A stretch of DNA of 64,000 nucleotides from Tubulanus polymorphus (taxonomy: Eukaryota; Animalia; Nemertea): NCBI RefSeq assembly GCF_964204645.1, contig NC_134026.1:30600150-30664149 (forward strand), in the 5' to 3' direction. This document shows, piece by piece, positions 43,096 through 57,600 of this stretch. Under the pieces are notes generated by a model. The model was not told the DNA's origin, made no database searches, and was given only the letters and a program-made list of their open reading frames with translations. The translations under genes and the position numbers were made by a program. Numbering within the stretch: position 1 is the stretch's first letter; each line of letters starts with the position of its first letter.

Positions 43096-43176
43096 AAAAA
43101 AAAGTTCGTTACTAGGATCGAACCCGGGACCTCTAGGTCGCAGGAACTGCATGCTAAACCACGCGACCACCGAGCC
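43096..43176 (-). pseudogene. tRNA-derived cassette (SINE head or tRNA pseudogene)
   Basis: A-box TGGTCGCGTGG, B-box GGTTCGATCC and a T8 run, but no proper acceptor or anticodon stems. Related copy at ~55680-55762. Confidence 0.65.
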
Positions 43177-45576
43177 GTAGTGAAAGAATTCCGCTCAGTG
43201 GTCGAGTTACTGTCCAGTCACAAGGCGACTGACCGTCATGCTCTATTCGCTAGCATTATTGTCCAATCAGACTTTTAACTCCGATAACCGAAGTTCGCCC
43301 TGGCTTCCGGCTGGCAAACAATTTGGGTTCCCATTTAGGCAGATCGATTCGTCTCGAACAAACTATTTATAGTCAATATACAGATTTATAACATAATAAA
43401 TATTAGGTTCATTGCACTTAATGTAATGATTTTTACATCAGTCAATTATAGACAGATAGAAAGGTACAGAGATAGTTTACTGACGTCAACAGAAGACATG
43501 CACTCATCGGTATTATACTGATATTACTAAATCAATAGAAATGTTCAGGTTTTACTGGAAACAAAACACATGTTATACACATTTAAAAGGTTAGAGATTA
43601 GTATTGTGAATTGAATTAAAAAACGTTTCAGATGCCCTCAGATACTGATACATATTTTGAAAGTTAGAAGAACGCATTTATTCGGGATGATTCGGTAATT
43701 TTGTTACCGAGATCTGCACCACCGCGATAATCCTCTTCTGTGACTTATTGAGCCATTAATAAAAAGCCCATGTGAGCTATATTTCACCTTTGAAAATACG
43801 TATATGCTAGAATTTGAGCGCCGTCACAATTCGTATGGTCTTTCATCGGTATCGCATTAATCTCAATCAAAATGATGAAACTGACGCCTAAATAGCGCAA
43901 GTGATAAATGGATATAGAATTCAAACATTTCTCCAACACGAATCAATTTAAACTTCAACAAGCGACACGAGTAGTTGTCGAATCGTTTCAGTTTTTTTTT
44001 TTGGTATTTAATATGGAAGTTTGTATACGAGAAGAGGAATAATTGACAAGTCGATATAAAAACAACGACTGCACTTCGATGTATATACGCGCGATGGTTG
44101 GGGAGATACGTATTACATGCTTCAGTTGATCTAAAATGTATGCTTTCATCCGGTCCCGGAAGTGATTGTATCCACAGTGCCCTAGCTATGACTCTCTACG
44201 ATCCTACTGTACCTTAAGATTCTCTCAGTGGAGGAGGGAGACAGAGAGAGGGGGTAGAACCAGCCCCGGGGGTGGTTGTGTTCACGTGATCTACGACGCT
44301 CTCCGGTCCTATAGTGTACCGCACTGTGGTAGCATCAGTCACTTTGGTTCCTCGTGACAACTTTGATATGTATTAATTCTATTACATGATGTATTCTGAT
44401 TTTTGATCTTTTGATTTATTCTAAATGAAAGTATTTTTAGAACATTGATACAGGATCGCATAACGTGGGTTAGATTCGTGATTGCACGGTGTAATGTATT
44501 AAATGCAATGTTAACTGATAGTTTTTCTATTCTTTCACCTTTTTGTGTTGTCTATAGTTTAGATCATTAACAATAATGTTAGTGATGAAACTTGAAAAAT
44601 TCATATCGTGTTTGACAATTTGTCATACTCCGTACAGAGATGCATTGATCATATTAATAAATGTTCAGCACTGTTCCTATCACCTGCTTGAAATAGAACA
44701 TAAAAAAACATTTTAAAACAGCTCAGTAATGTTTGTGGGAAATTGAATAATAACAATGGATTGCCATCTCTGCCCGTGTCATCATGCTGGCAATTCTGTT
44801 TACACGGGAGATTTGATAAATCTACAACGAACATTTCTCGTTAATAAAGCTTACTGCGCATGGTAGATGCATCGCAGCCGCCGCCACCACCGGAGCACTC
44901 CGTATAGCGTTAAGCGCGCGCGCGGCACCGACACCAGCACCGACATCACTGAGCTCGAAAATAACGACCTTCATTTCTGGGTGACAAATCAAAACTGACG
45001 AGTGAAGACGCGACCTGGTCAAAAAAGAGGTTACTTTGTTGTTGGATATGTCTCCATTTCGGGAAGATGGGTGATTAATAGTATTAAAGTTGCGCGCAAA
45101 GTCGGGAAATAGATACGAAAAACGGATTAGTTTTAACAGTTTCTGTTCACCTGGGATTTTACAGATCAATTATTCAGAATGAAATGACTACACTCAGGAT
45201 TATGTATCTGATGATTTCTGTCGAACGATAAAAAAAATGATTGCACCAACAATAATAAAACAGGTGAAGGTTTCGGATGTGGCGGTCGGTTTTAGCAGAC
45301 ACAGGTCACTTGTATTTAGTATAACTAGATTGGATATAATATCATCATTAGTTTTTACTTCTTGAATCAAGTTCTTTTGTGTTCGTCGTAGAAAGCAATG
45401 TGCGCGTATATGTATATCTATGGTCGTAGATAAGGAAACATCTGTTCATTAAATAGAATGTATATATGTGGTCATTTAGTTTTCATTGAAATATGAAGTA
45501 TGTCATTGGATGGAGTTACGTAGGAGCTTCGCGCAAATCGGTGATGGATTAATAGAGAATTTTGCACTATGCTGCT

Positions 45577-46002
45577 ATGTTAAGAAAAATGGGGCATGGC
45601 TGGCTCAATTGGCTATTTGCCTTCTTCGTTTGTGTCGTCATGTCTTACGGTCGGGCGGAAAACAGTTTGGTCAACAAAAAAGTCGTCACAATCGGGGCCG
45701 TGTTCGATATGAATCCGAAAATCGAATCGAATCTATCTCGGTGTTTTCTGGATGCGATTCAAGACATGCGATCGGAAGTACGAACATTCGAACTGAAAGG
45801 GATCGTCTTAACCAAACCAGAATATCGTCAAAATCCCGCTTCTTTGTGTAAATCGTTTTGTCGACAAGTCGAAGATAATTCGGTGAATGTTTTATTCGGT
45901 TTAGGAAGTTTAAATGTGATCGAAAGTTTGTCGATGTTATCAAATACAGCGGATATTCCTGCCATAGGTTTCAGCACCGGTGAAATCAAATATCCAGCTG
46001 AG
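45577..46002 (+). CDS. First coding exon of an NMDA-type ionotropic glutamate receptor subunit (GluN2/GluN3-like N-terminal domain)
   Basis: Signal peptide WLNWLFAFFVCVVMSYG, then VTIGAVF, NPASLCKSFCRQV...VNVLF and MLSNTADIPAIG, resembling the NMDAR ATD. Ends at a phase-0 donor GAG|gtaatg. No downstream exon was recognised in the window. Confidence 0.7.
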
Positions 46003-47603
46003 GTAATGTATTTATGACTCTCTCATCTCTCAATCACAGCAATTATATCATATTCATTTATTTCATTCAACATATCACAAAAACGATTTAATACGAACGC
46101 TTTTTGTAATAGTCGGAATCTACCACTAGCCTTAAGGTTTTTTATCTGGAGACACATATCTCTTTGCTCCGTAAACGACATGGCAATCTAACTCGTATAT
46201 ACATATTTAAGATTCTTTCGAAGGTTTCGTGGTTTGACAAAATATCAAATATATATCAAATATATATTGCTTGAACGGTGAAATATGCAAATGAAAATGA
46301 TCACAACATTTCAGCTGTTTCTATTCACTAGTCTATAGATGTTGATAATGGTTTCGCTATTTATACGAATCTATCGTAAAGTGCGTGTGTATAAATTTCA
46401 ATCTAATTCAATTGGAGTTATACACGTAAAGTTTATATCCGAGGAATCCAGCGGGTAAACAGGTTAATCGGGAGTATATACATCACTGATGTAAACTGAC
46501 CAGTATAGGATACGTAACGGGATGAGTGGGTGAGGGGGTAATAACGGGGGGGTTAACGGGGGGAGGGTGGTAGACTGCGGGGGGAGGGTGGTAGACTGCG
46601 GGGAAGTGTGAAGATTATATACATGTATATAAACCCACTTTTAATATAAACATCTTAAAATATTTCTAGAAATTTATCAAAAATTAAAATCAAGGAATTA
46701 AAGATGGAAATGACACGACGTTTCGGACTCTTTCTAGGGGAATATCGGAGCTCTGTACCAAAACCATTTTTGTGTATTCAGTTTTCAATGTTATTTTTAC
46801 AATTGCAATTTAGCGATTTATCTTTGATCGATACAGTCGGCCATTAGGATACCTGATACACTGTCGCGTCTAGTAATTAATATTTGCCGTCTTGAGAATT
46901 AATTCCCAGGATATTTTTTATACGATATTTATCTTTCACCTGGAGAAACATCCTGTACACGAAATGAATTAATAACAAAAGCGAGCAGAGAAACTATAAT
47001 ATAAAGTTCCGGCGATTGTTTCTCGGAATTCAGCCAGATGAAAAAGTTCCGGTAATCATTATACACGCGCGCGATAGAATTCCGGTTTTCGTCGTTAATT
47101 ATGTATAAGTATCACTTAATGTATAACGACTCATATTACACAAACCTTTTTCACGCTTGGAAAAAAGAACCAGTTTCACAGTTGTGAGTTCACAGTTAAA
47201 ATCACCTCATTATCAACGAGTTAACTGTTGATTCAAATTTCAATTCGGAAATGTTGAACCGGATCCCCTTCACTTAAACCGACTTTTTAGCAAAATTGAC
47301 ATCCGATTGTTTATTTTTTATATGTTGGCATTTCTTCGGCAAGTTGTGTTTTAATTATCAGTGTATTAATTAATGCACAAGGCGTCTTGTGTGATTATTG
47401 GGATTCTTATAGCTCTTTCCTCAAGCACTTTAACATATGCATACAGATATACTTGATATGGCCGAGAGCGCCGTGTAACTAGAAAGTCAACATGATTTGA
47501 ATATTAGAATTTGATGTCGCCGTATATAGATTCGACTCATACATATTTATCGCGAATAAGCTTAAAAAAATAAAAGGAAATGCATGAAAGCGCAATAGGC
47601 AGA

Positions 47604-47977
<374 letters not shown>

Positions 47978-48479
47978 GGCCGTCGTGATGTTAAACGGTC
48001 TTCGATGTTGAATTAATTGCAGAAGCCCCACATGTGTAATTTGAAAACATTCCTCTCCGCTTTGTCGGATACAGTCCAACAACTATCGGCTATAAACCGA
48101 TAGTTTTAACCAGTGGTGTAAAAACTATCCATGGTTCTCAACAGTTTCTAGTACTAGCGACATATGAGATGCACGTACAATACCACAAACAATGTCACTT
48201 GCACATGGAGTTTTGTGTTGAACATTTTTCAAGTTCTCTTTATTCGTTTCGTTTGTATCAAATTAATCCTACTTCAAATACACGCCGCAGCAGCACCTGT
48301 TCGTTCTATTAATCCACAAATTGAGTACGTATTTTTTTTATATTGTCTGTCCACCATATGGTTGAACAGATTCTCTATGCTGTCGGCTAGTCGCTGGATT
48401 ATGGAACGCTGCTATCAATGCAAAAAATATAATCCGCGATATTACATTCTCAAGTCATAGTTCTAGTGTCAACTCACGA

Positions 48480-48780
48480 GGATATATTTTCAACTCAAAA
48501 TTATACGGTCAACTTGTAATTTTACGCAGTTAACTCATAATCTATAAGTCAACTAATAATTCTTCAGCCAACTTAGGGTCTTACAGTCAATTCGTAATCT
48601 TACAGCCCACTCGTAATCCCACAGCCAACTCGTAATCCCACAGTCAACTCGAAATCCCACAGTCAACTCGTAATCCCACAGTCGACTCGTAATCTGACAG
48701 TCAACTCGTAATCCCAGTCAACTCGTAATCCCACAGTCAACTCGTATTCTGACAGCCAACTCGTATTCTGACAGCCAACT
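48480..48780. repeat. ~19-bp minisatellite (acagtcaactcgtaatccc)
   Basis: Tandem copies that degrade towards the left. Confidence 0.9.
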
Positions 48781-48938
48781 GGCGGTTGTCGGTCGTTACA
48801 CCGTTACGTGGTAGATTTACTTTTTCTTCCCGGAGATCATTTGATAATAACACGATCGACATTCTGTGTATAAACTATTATTTCTGGGTAGCTGACTTAC
48901 CGCAATAAACCGCGCCTTTTTTCTTCTTCGTGAGATCA

Positions 48939-49466
48939 TACACTGAAACCTCGTTATAACCACCTCGGGGATATAACGATTTATCGGTTATTGCAAACCT
49001 AGAAATTAGTCCCACATTGGACGATTTTAGTAATTTTTACTGGATACATCGAGTTACATCGGTTTTAGATTTTCTGGTCTCCTGAAGTTCGTTGTAACGA
49101 GGTTCCGCTGTATATAGAACTATCGGTTATAACGAACAGATTTTCTGTGGCCCTGAAGTTCGTTGTAACGAGGTTCCGCTGTATATAGAACTATCGGTTA
49201 TAACGAACAGATTTTCTGGTCTCCTGAAGTTCGTTGTAACGAGGTTCCGCTGTATATAGAACTATCGGTTATAACGAACAGATTTTCTGGTCTCCTGAAG
49301 TTCGTTGTAACGAAGTTCCGCTGTATATAGAACTATCGGTTATAACGAACAGATTTTCTGCGGCCCTGAAGTTCGTTGTAACGAGGTTCCGCTGTATATA
49401 GAACTATCGGTTATAACGAACAGATTTTCTGCGGCCCTGAAGTTCGTTGTAACGAGGTTCCACTGT
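48939..49466. mobile_element. Tc1/mariner-type MITE with a 71-bp tandem amplification of its right end
   Basis: Left end tacactgaaacctcgttataac. Six right ends gttgtaacgaggttcc(g/a)ctgta at 71-bp spacing. Confidence 0.8.
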
Positions 49467-51434
49467 AGCCATTCTACGATAACTTCGTTTCACATAGAAT
49501 CAAGATCTTGTGTTTTTCAAAACCTTTTCCACTATATACTTATTCGGTAGAATGGATGGATCAAAAAGAACTTTAAAGACAAGTGAATAATAAAACTATA
49601 AGTGCTATTTGTGGGTATCAGCTGCCATGGGATTTGATGTTGTACAGATACGTACATGAATCACGTGTATACATTGATCTCATGTAATTGAGTTTCGTGA
49701 TAAACTAATTTAAAGACAATCACTGGAGATCACTTCCACAATATGGCAGACAAGTGCCGCATAATTGCCAAGAACCCAAGCTTTAGGGTCCAGATTTAAC
49801 TAATCGAAAATCAACTTATTTAGCTCACGTGTCAAATCTAAAGATAGGGACCTAGTTCCCACATTTCTGAGTTCAGATTTAGGTCAGAGTAAGTGAATTT
49901 GAAATGAACTGATTACCCGAATTCAGAAATGTGGAACTGGGTCCTGAGGGACCACGAGTCTTCTAATCTTCATGCATCAACATACGTAAGGTCCCTTTAA
50001 TTCAATAATCAATCAAAACAAATGAATGTCCATGAAACAGTTTTGCTGCTTGGGATACAATTTATCAATGAAACATATTCTTCCTGTTGCGTTAGATAAA
50101 GACTTTGTTGAATGATAGAATGTATTGAACCTCCGCGCACAGTGCTACATCGGAGCTGCATTTAGAATCATTGCGAGCTGTCCTATAATTGAATTCTCTG
50201 ATATATCACTTTCGTTGACGGATTTTTCGATAGCGAGAATCCATTATTGGAGGATTTGACCACTGTGTGATTGATGTGTATCCTTGAATCGTGCGAGACC
50301 ATGGTGAGACCGAAATGACGACGACCACTGGTTAGAAACATAGAAACGTCATTCTTCAACGCATTAATGATTTGTAAATATCAGTGACAGGTTTTATGAC
50401 ATTGCAACCGCCAAACGGAACGTCTTATATCAACAATTGACTAACATTAATTTTTTTCTGGATGCTTCATATAATTATCTACATTGGAGTAAAAGTATAC
50501 GACACAGAAGCAAATCCACGCGGACTTGTGTCACTTGTGTACAAAAACATCATATTTTTGAGTGAGTCTCCTTTTTTTCATTTCGTCAACGACGAAGGTA
50601 ATGAACATCGCCGATCGAAAGAATATATTTGCATTCTTAAACTCTAAAAACCACAATAATTTTAATGATTATTCTAGAAATATTGATAAGATATGGAGAG
50701 CACGTTTTCCCCGGGTTCCTGTCCCAAGAAAGAGAAACACTCGACTGGCAACTTCATGTTTTCAACGAGAACGATGAAAATGAGTTTTAAGCTTAAATGG
50801 ACCCTGCGTGCGATGCCTGGCTGGCTCGTACACCTAAATACGCCAGTTCGTACGCCTGCCTTGGATGTGACAAGTCCTTCAAAAATCAGCCTCTGGACTT
50901 GCTTCTCTTGTCGGTTTAGTGACCGTAAAACCAATCAATACAAAACTGCTGACCTGATTTCATATCTTCATTTGTTATTTTCCATTAATTTTCTCCTTGT
51001 TCGCAATAAATTGATTTTATCGCCAAATGAATTGGTATATGATAAAGCAAACAGTTAGAGGAAATATCGCCATTATACAAGAAAGTACGCGGTAATATTA
51101 CAGATCGATAAGATTGATTCTTGATTTTATCGACCGTATAATGATCAATAAGTCGTATCCCAACAGAGACGAACGATAGAATCTTCACCATTCCGTATTT
51201 AATTGGAAACTTCGCTAAAAGAATAATTTGTTTTTGCCAGACTAGTGAAAACCGATCGATTCATTGAGAAACAGTCGAGAGATCTGTGCAGGATGTGATG
51301 TACCATGAAATGAAAACTAGCCATGATCTAGTTCACTCGATCACGTGACAGCGATTCGTTTTGATACAGATGTCAATCGGCAGCACTGAACCTCCTGATA
51401 TTCACCATAGGCATGACGATCACCGTTTCTGAAA

Positions 51435-51670
51435 GTCAACCGATGAAATATCTAATGTCTGGTATTTGTATTCTATATGCAATTGAGAATCTCTCGGGAG
51501 AAGTCCTGAACACTTGTGAAGTCTGGATGATCAGCATTTGAATGCGCTGATGAAATTTCTAATGTCTGGTGTTTGTATTTCATATGCAATTGAAAATGTC
51601 TCAGGTGAAGTTCTGAACACATGTGAAGCGTCGACGATCAGTTTTTTTTGAATGTGCTGATAGAATGTCT
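51435..51670. repeat. ~110-bp dispersed/tandem repeat family
   Basis: Units end in aacacatgtgaagtgtggacgatcag. Also at ~17120-17265 and 21470-21550. Confidence 0.7.
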
Positions 51671-54600
51671 AGACGATTAAAAATTGACTGAATTGTGATG
51701 TCTGGTCGGCCAGGCGGCAGCATGTTTGACCATCAAATAACGCAAACGAAGAGTTCTGGTTTCTACAGAAATTTAATTATCAACTACATCTTTCATTCTT
51801 TTAGATTTTGAAATACATCTATTTTCTAGCTCGTTTATCATCACTGTCCTTGTAAATCCAATATGATTGAATATTTCTGCAACGATCTCCCCGGCCGGAC
51901 ACAATCACGCTAGTTTCCAGCAATCGATGAATAGTGGTCACCATGGATCCATTCTCGTGATTTTATCCTTTTTTTAGTCTCTCTTTCGAAGGCGACGTCA
52001 TTAACTGAATTTATTATTTGTCATCGTTAACGCGCTTTTAATCACTGATTACTGGATAATCGTCACGGAATATGATAGTTACATCTGACAAATTCTTACG
52101 ACATTTCAAAAATCCAACACGTAATGATACGTCTTACCTCATGTGGAAATGAAAAAAAGATGAATAATTTCAGAAATGTTTGCGTCCCGTATTCTAGAAT
52201 TAGGTCGATTCATTCTCGGATTCAAAATTTCCCTTTAAATCCACATTTTGTGACGTGCATAATTTATATTCACAGCGCTGAAGTTGTCACAGTTCTGTCG
52301 AAACCTGAATTCATTGTTAAAATGGCGCCAACTAACAATCAGTCCATACGATATGGGTGCAAAATGTCCCATCGTGGATGCAGTACAAAAAAGAATTCTG
52401 AAATGTTACAGAACTCGATTATTTCAGTTCCAATCGATCAATTACTTTATTCGTCGCATTTTCTACTCCTCGGGTGGGTTTTCAATTACCTTTCGCTATC
52501 TAAATCGCTCCTCGTTTTTCAATTTAAATGTTATTGCTTTATAATTTACTTTTCGCGTAGACTGCGGGATGCGCTCTGAATCCGAGACACCGACACTTTT
52601 ATAATTGAGGATTGAATCAAACTTAACGACTGAAAACTGCCATAAATCGTTAATCGATCAAGACTGAAAGGAATGAAGATGATCGAATAGAGAATGAATA
52701 TCACTAAATTGTATGACTCTTCATACACTACACTGCTTATGAAACCCTTCTGGATTCCAGACGTTGATAGAAGCCTTTTTAGAAGCCTTATTTTAGAATG
52801 TGTTATCTGATACTATTCAGCCAGTCTCTTAAACGGTAACCATCGATGAAACACTCCCGCGAGTCCGTGTTGTAAAGATGATATAAAATCGATGAAAATG
52901 AGATAAAAAAAACGAGGCCGAAAAAGTTCGATGCATTATCGACGTTTTGATTTCATCCCTTTAGAAGGATACCGAGTATTCGTCCAATTTGAAGGCTACC
53001 AAAATGCACTGGAACTGACAGCGGTTAATGATACATGATTTTCAAAATTAATGAAAGTAAGGAAGGTGCCTTCAGTATTCAAGCTTCGGCTTTTGAAGGT
53101 ATCCTTGCTGTTGGATTAGAATTTTATATTACATGTAATGATAGATATTTTAACACTCTCTTAGTTTATTTATTCTTGTAATATTTAATTGTAATTCAAT
53201 CAGAAATGATGAAATGGAATTAAAAGTAGTAGGAGTTCAAAGGAAAGAAGGCCAAGAAACGAAGACGAAATATTTCTGATTCTCGACAATATATCAAAGC
53301 CAAGGACTCTCATCAAGTCTAACCCGATGAACTTTTGAGGTGACGCTATCTTATCATTGCAGATTGGCGTTTCATTCCTCGCGTTGTCGCGGTTAACGAC
53401 GACGTGAGAATGTAACTATATAGAAGCCTCAGGCACGGAACTGGTTGCCGGTTTGTTTGCCTTGATAACCCAATATTCACCACATGATTCTGTGGCTGAT
53501 CTTGATGAGAAAAGAGAATTCATAACACACATGATGCAGAGCGCGCACCGGCACTAGTGTGACAAAGTGTGTAGTGCTGATCCCAGTAAATTACATGTGG
53601 TTTCAGATAACGGGCGACTCCATCCGTCGATAAAAAATGCTATAAAAACAACATGGCGACGGTGGCGATTCTCGGAAGTCAGAACCGATGCTTGTACTAC
53701 CGAAAGAGTTCTTCGACGCGTTTGTTTATTTTGTTTTTTGGAACCAGTGCTAGGAACCGGAAATAGATCGTATTTCTTGTGTCTTCCAATGCGTACTATT
53801 TCATCTAATTCAAATCTAGTCTTGGCATCGTATTTCAGGTCTTACATTGTCAGATCTGGTATATTCAGTATTCCCGATTATTGATACCACTCAACTTATT
53901 GTTAAATGTGAATGAAGGTTTAGCGCCTGTAATATACTGACTTCAAACGTGCCTTGTTCATATCATTTGGAGTCATATTGAACGTTATGGACGTAAAATG
54001 GCAGTCACCCTTGGCTTTTTGCTGAAGGTGCTTGAACTATTGATTTGCTCCTATTCGGGTAGAATTGCTCCTTCTCTTTCTCTCAGAAAATCCACTTGTC
54101 GATCATTTAAAATCAGAAATAGATTTCAGATTTCAAATTATAAGCACATTGCGTAAATCAATTGCGTAAGGGTCTGATACAAGGAGGAGCACACCCCTCC
54201 CCCCAAAAATAGGGCATATCACATGATTTAAAGGGTACCCAAAAAACTCATCGGAAAACATTACATCACTATGAAAATACAGAGAAGAATTTAAACTTTT
54301 TTAGGTAACATAATGTTTTTCATTCCCCGTGAAATTTCAGGGGAACTTGACATTTTTAGAAGGCAGCACGCCGACCCGATGCGCCAACCCCTTACATCCG
54401 CCCCTGCTGGATTGTCCATTAGATGAAGCTCAAAATGCTCTAACCCCAATGGTTTGAAGACAAAATGGCTTCCGGGAGCAGCGCCAGGAAGCTATGACAG
54501 ATAAATCATCTCAATGATAAAATGCCGCAAAGAAAATCTAAATGTGCTAGTTTGAGCTCTATTGAGAATTGGATTTTCGTAGCTTTAAGCGTTCTCTCTC

Positions 54601-57600
54601 TTCTTGGCCTTGAATTAGAATTATCTTCCAAATTCGTCTTCTTACGACGTACAACTCAGTGCGTAACACGGCAATCTACACAGAGTGAAATGTGATTGCA
54701 TTTAGAACCTGACAGTCAACAGATTGTCGTCCAATCAAAAGTGCTTCAAAGCGATATACCGACAAAACATGCAGCTATAAATCATGATGAAACAGTCCGA
54801 GTCCGTGTTTTACCGATAACATTACACAATACACACGGAATACGAAAGAAAAAGGAGCCCGAAAAGTCCTTAAATTTCTGATTTACATTATTATATATTC
54901 ATATATATAGATTACAGTTTATAGTATTCCGATGACTAACCAGGATATAATCGGTACGCTGAATAAACTACTAGCTCAAGGAAACATTTCATACTCGTTT
55001 TTTTTTGTATTATGGGATGTTTTATCGTTTACATATTCAAATATTGCAGAAAAAAAACTGATAAATTGATAACCGAAGTTTATAGAAAACTTATGCCATG
55101 AAGAACTCGGAATATTTATGTAACAAACAGCAGTAATGCGTTAATGCGTTATCGGGCGCTGAAGCTGTTATTTTCTCTAGGCTTCCATTAGTGTAAGGCA
55201 TCATTACACATTTATCTATTGGCTTCATGTAGACTACATGTAACGTAGTTATGTTCAGGCAATAAGCGACATAAAGGAAATGAACAGCAACATCACAACA
55301 AAAATCTGTAGCTCAAGTGACAAGGAAAGGATGGCCATTCTATTCTATTTGCGAGGAAATCAATAGAAACCATTTCGTTAGCAACATCGACAATAGAAAC
55401 ACTGAATAGCACTAGCAACACCTCTCGGGTTTTCATGCTAATCCTTATTTCAACAGAAACCATGTTTCTTCTTTAAAATCTAGTGAACGAATTTTGAATC
55501 GATCGCCAGATACAAGGCGATATACAAATGCAGGCACGATCCTGGCTCCTATCCTGAACCTGTCAAAATGTTTGTACATTCACGGGTATCACAACATTAG
55601 TGGTAAAATGATAGGTATTTTCAAAGATGATTGCAAAAAGGGACCCTTTTAACTTTTTTTCTATTCACGAAAATCTCATAAAAACAAATCCTAGCCGAGG
55701 AGCGAACCTGAGACCACGTATGTGTAAGTCCAGAACACTAACCACCAGACCACTGCACTGTCATGGCAGATAATGTTCGGACGTTAGTCTGGTAAACAGT
55801 GAAGTGGTGACCAGCCATTCACTAGCCACACCGTAGAATAGAGGTTTCTTATTAGGTTCATTGCCATCAGTTTTTAACAGTTCTTGATTTGTATAGAAAT
55901 GCTTCCGAAATTCCAAATCTATAGCGAGCCATATTCTCACTTTTTGAATGAAGAGAAAATGGCAGTATAGTGGTAACGAGTCTGAATGAATATCATCCCT
56001 ACATCACGCCTTCCACTTACATTCCAGAAATGAGAATCTCATAAAGTTGGTAGAAGGAATATCGTAGGTCATCGCATCCACTGTTCACATTTGTCAGATG
56101 TGGCATAATTTATGAGCGATCGTGTGGCTGGTAATGGTCAATATATGTGGTACTGTGAAATTGCTCAGGCGCCGTTCTAAACAGGGCATCAATAAAGATG
56201 ATTGGTCATAACCAATCTGGCTGTATTAAAGTGTATCTACGTGTACATATGTATACACGCGTGTATACCCCGAAGACAAAATTCAACTATTTACACTTTA
56301 GTCAAGATATCGCGAACACTTATTACGCGTATCACTCGAATCCCTAATGTGCAAAAGTTCGAGGTTTCCTTTGAAGAACTACTCGTCGAGAACGTCGTCT
56401 TGCTTGTTGGGAACAATTCCAAAACCAATAATTTGCAACATATTCTTGACACTTACGCTACGTACTTGACTTATCACTAGGAAATTAAATAGCTGTCACA
56501 GAACTTGGTTCGTAATTCCTCGCTGATGTAAATACGTGTGTGTTCAAAGTAGTAGCAGCAGCAGCAGCAAAAACCATCCAATAATATAGATTGGTTCGTG
56601 TTAAGCTTATTACTAGTCTCCTCCATTTACTTAAAAATGATCAAACGAAACCGATTTTATCCACGATAAATTGGAAAAGCGTTGGAGAGATTCATTTGAT
56701 GCAGAGCATATTTTTAGCTGCTGAATATACGGATTCACTATTAATTTTGGTCGTGGGTGTGGTCGTTTACAAAACGTAAATGATGTTCCAATTTTACTAC
56801 CGGAACCCAGGTACACACTCTTGACTCAGCCCAAACCAAATCCTAAGACTGGTCTGAAGTTGTTAGATTGGTTATAGAACCAAAATGGGCCTAGACTAGT
56901 CTGAAGTTGATAGAACCAAAATGAGCTTATACTGGTCTCAAGTGCGACCATATTATCACTGCACAGAGACGTAATGATCGGTGCATGTCCACCGCCCGGG
57001 AACGATCAAACCAAACATTTGGTTTTGTATACGCATTACCCTCGGATTGGGCGCCTTTTGTTTTATCGTTGCCCTCCTCGAGCGCTAACTGTAGCTGAAT
57101 ATTCATTTTTAATTCTTTTACTCAATTCAAGTGAGTTGAGTTGACAAGCACCTGTCATACAGCGTTTTATCAGCTTCCTGATAATCTGCTGTTACGGATT
57201 ACGGTGTATGAATAGCGGAAATGATTTTAGCAGACGACGAAGAGGTGACAGATATTGATTCGGATGAATATTCTATAGAGGTTTATCGTGTTCAGTAATG
57301 AATCCCGTATCAACCGTGTTTAATTACTTTAATCGTATGTAATCAAGTAATATATTGAATATCTATATGAACCTTTTAAAGGACGACTGAAATATAGATT
57401 ACACTATTGACATTTACTAACGCGATCCACTGACTGACGAAAGTAATTTTGAATAAGGATTCACTCGCAATCTCGCGGACTTCTTCACACGTACTTTTTC
57501 GCTCGCAACAAATCGGGCATCAAACTGCAGTGAAAGGTGCCTTTACTTCAGTTTTGTTTGAGCGTGACGTCCATTATGACGCGTTGTTCTCGGTAAATTA

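Noticed and set aside
45969-45985. TTCAGCACC resembling a REST/RE1 site
   Set aside because: Only the left half-site is present, within coding sequence; no GGACAG half.
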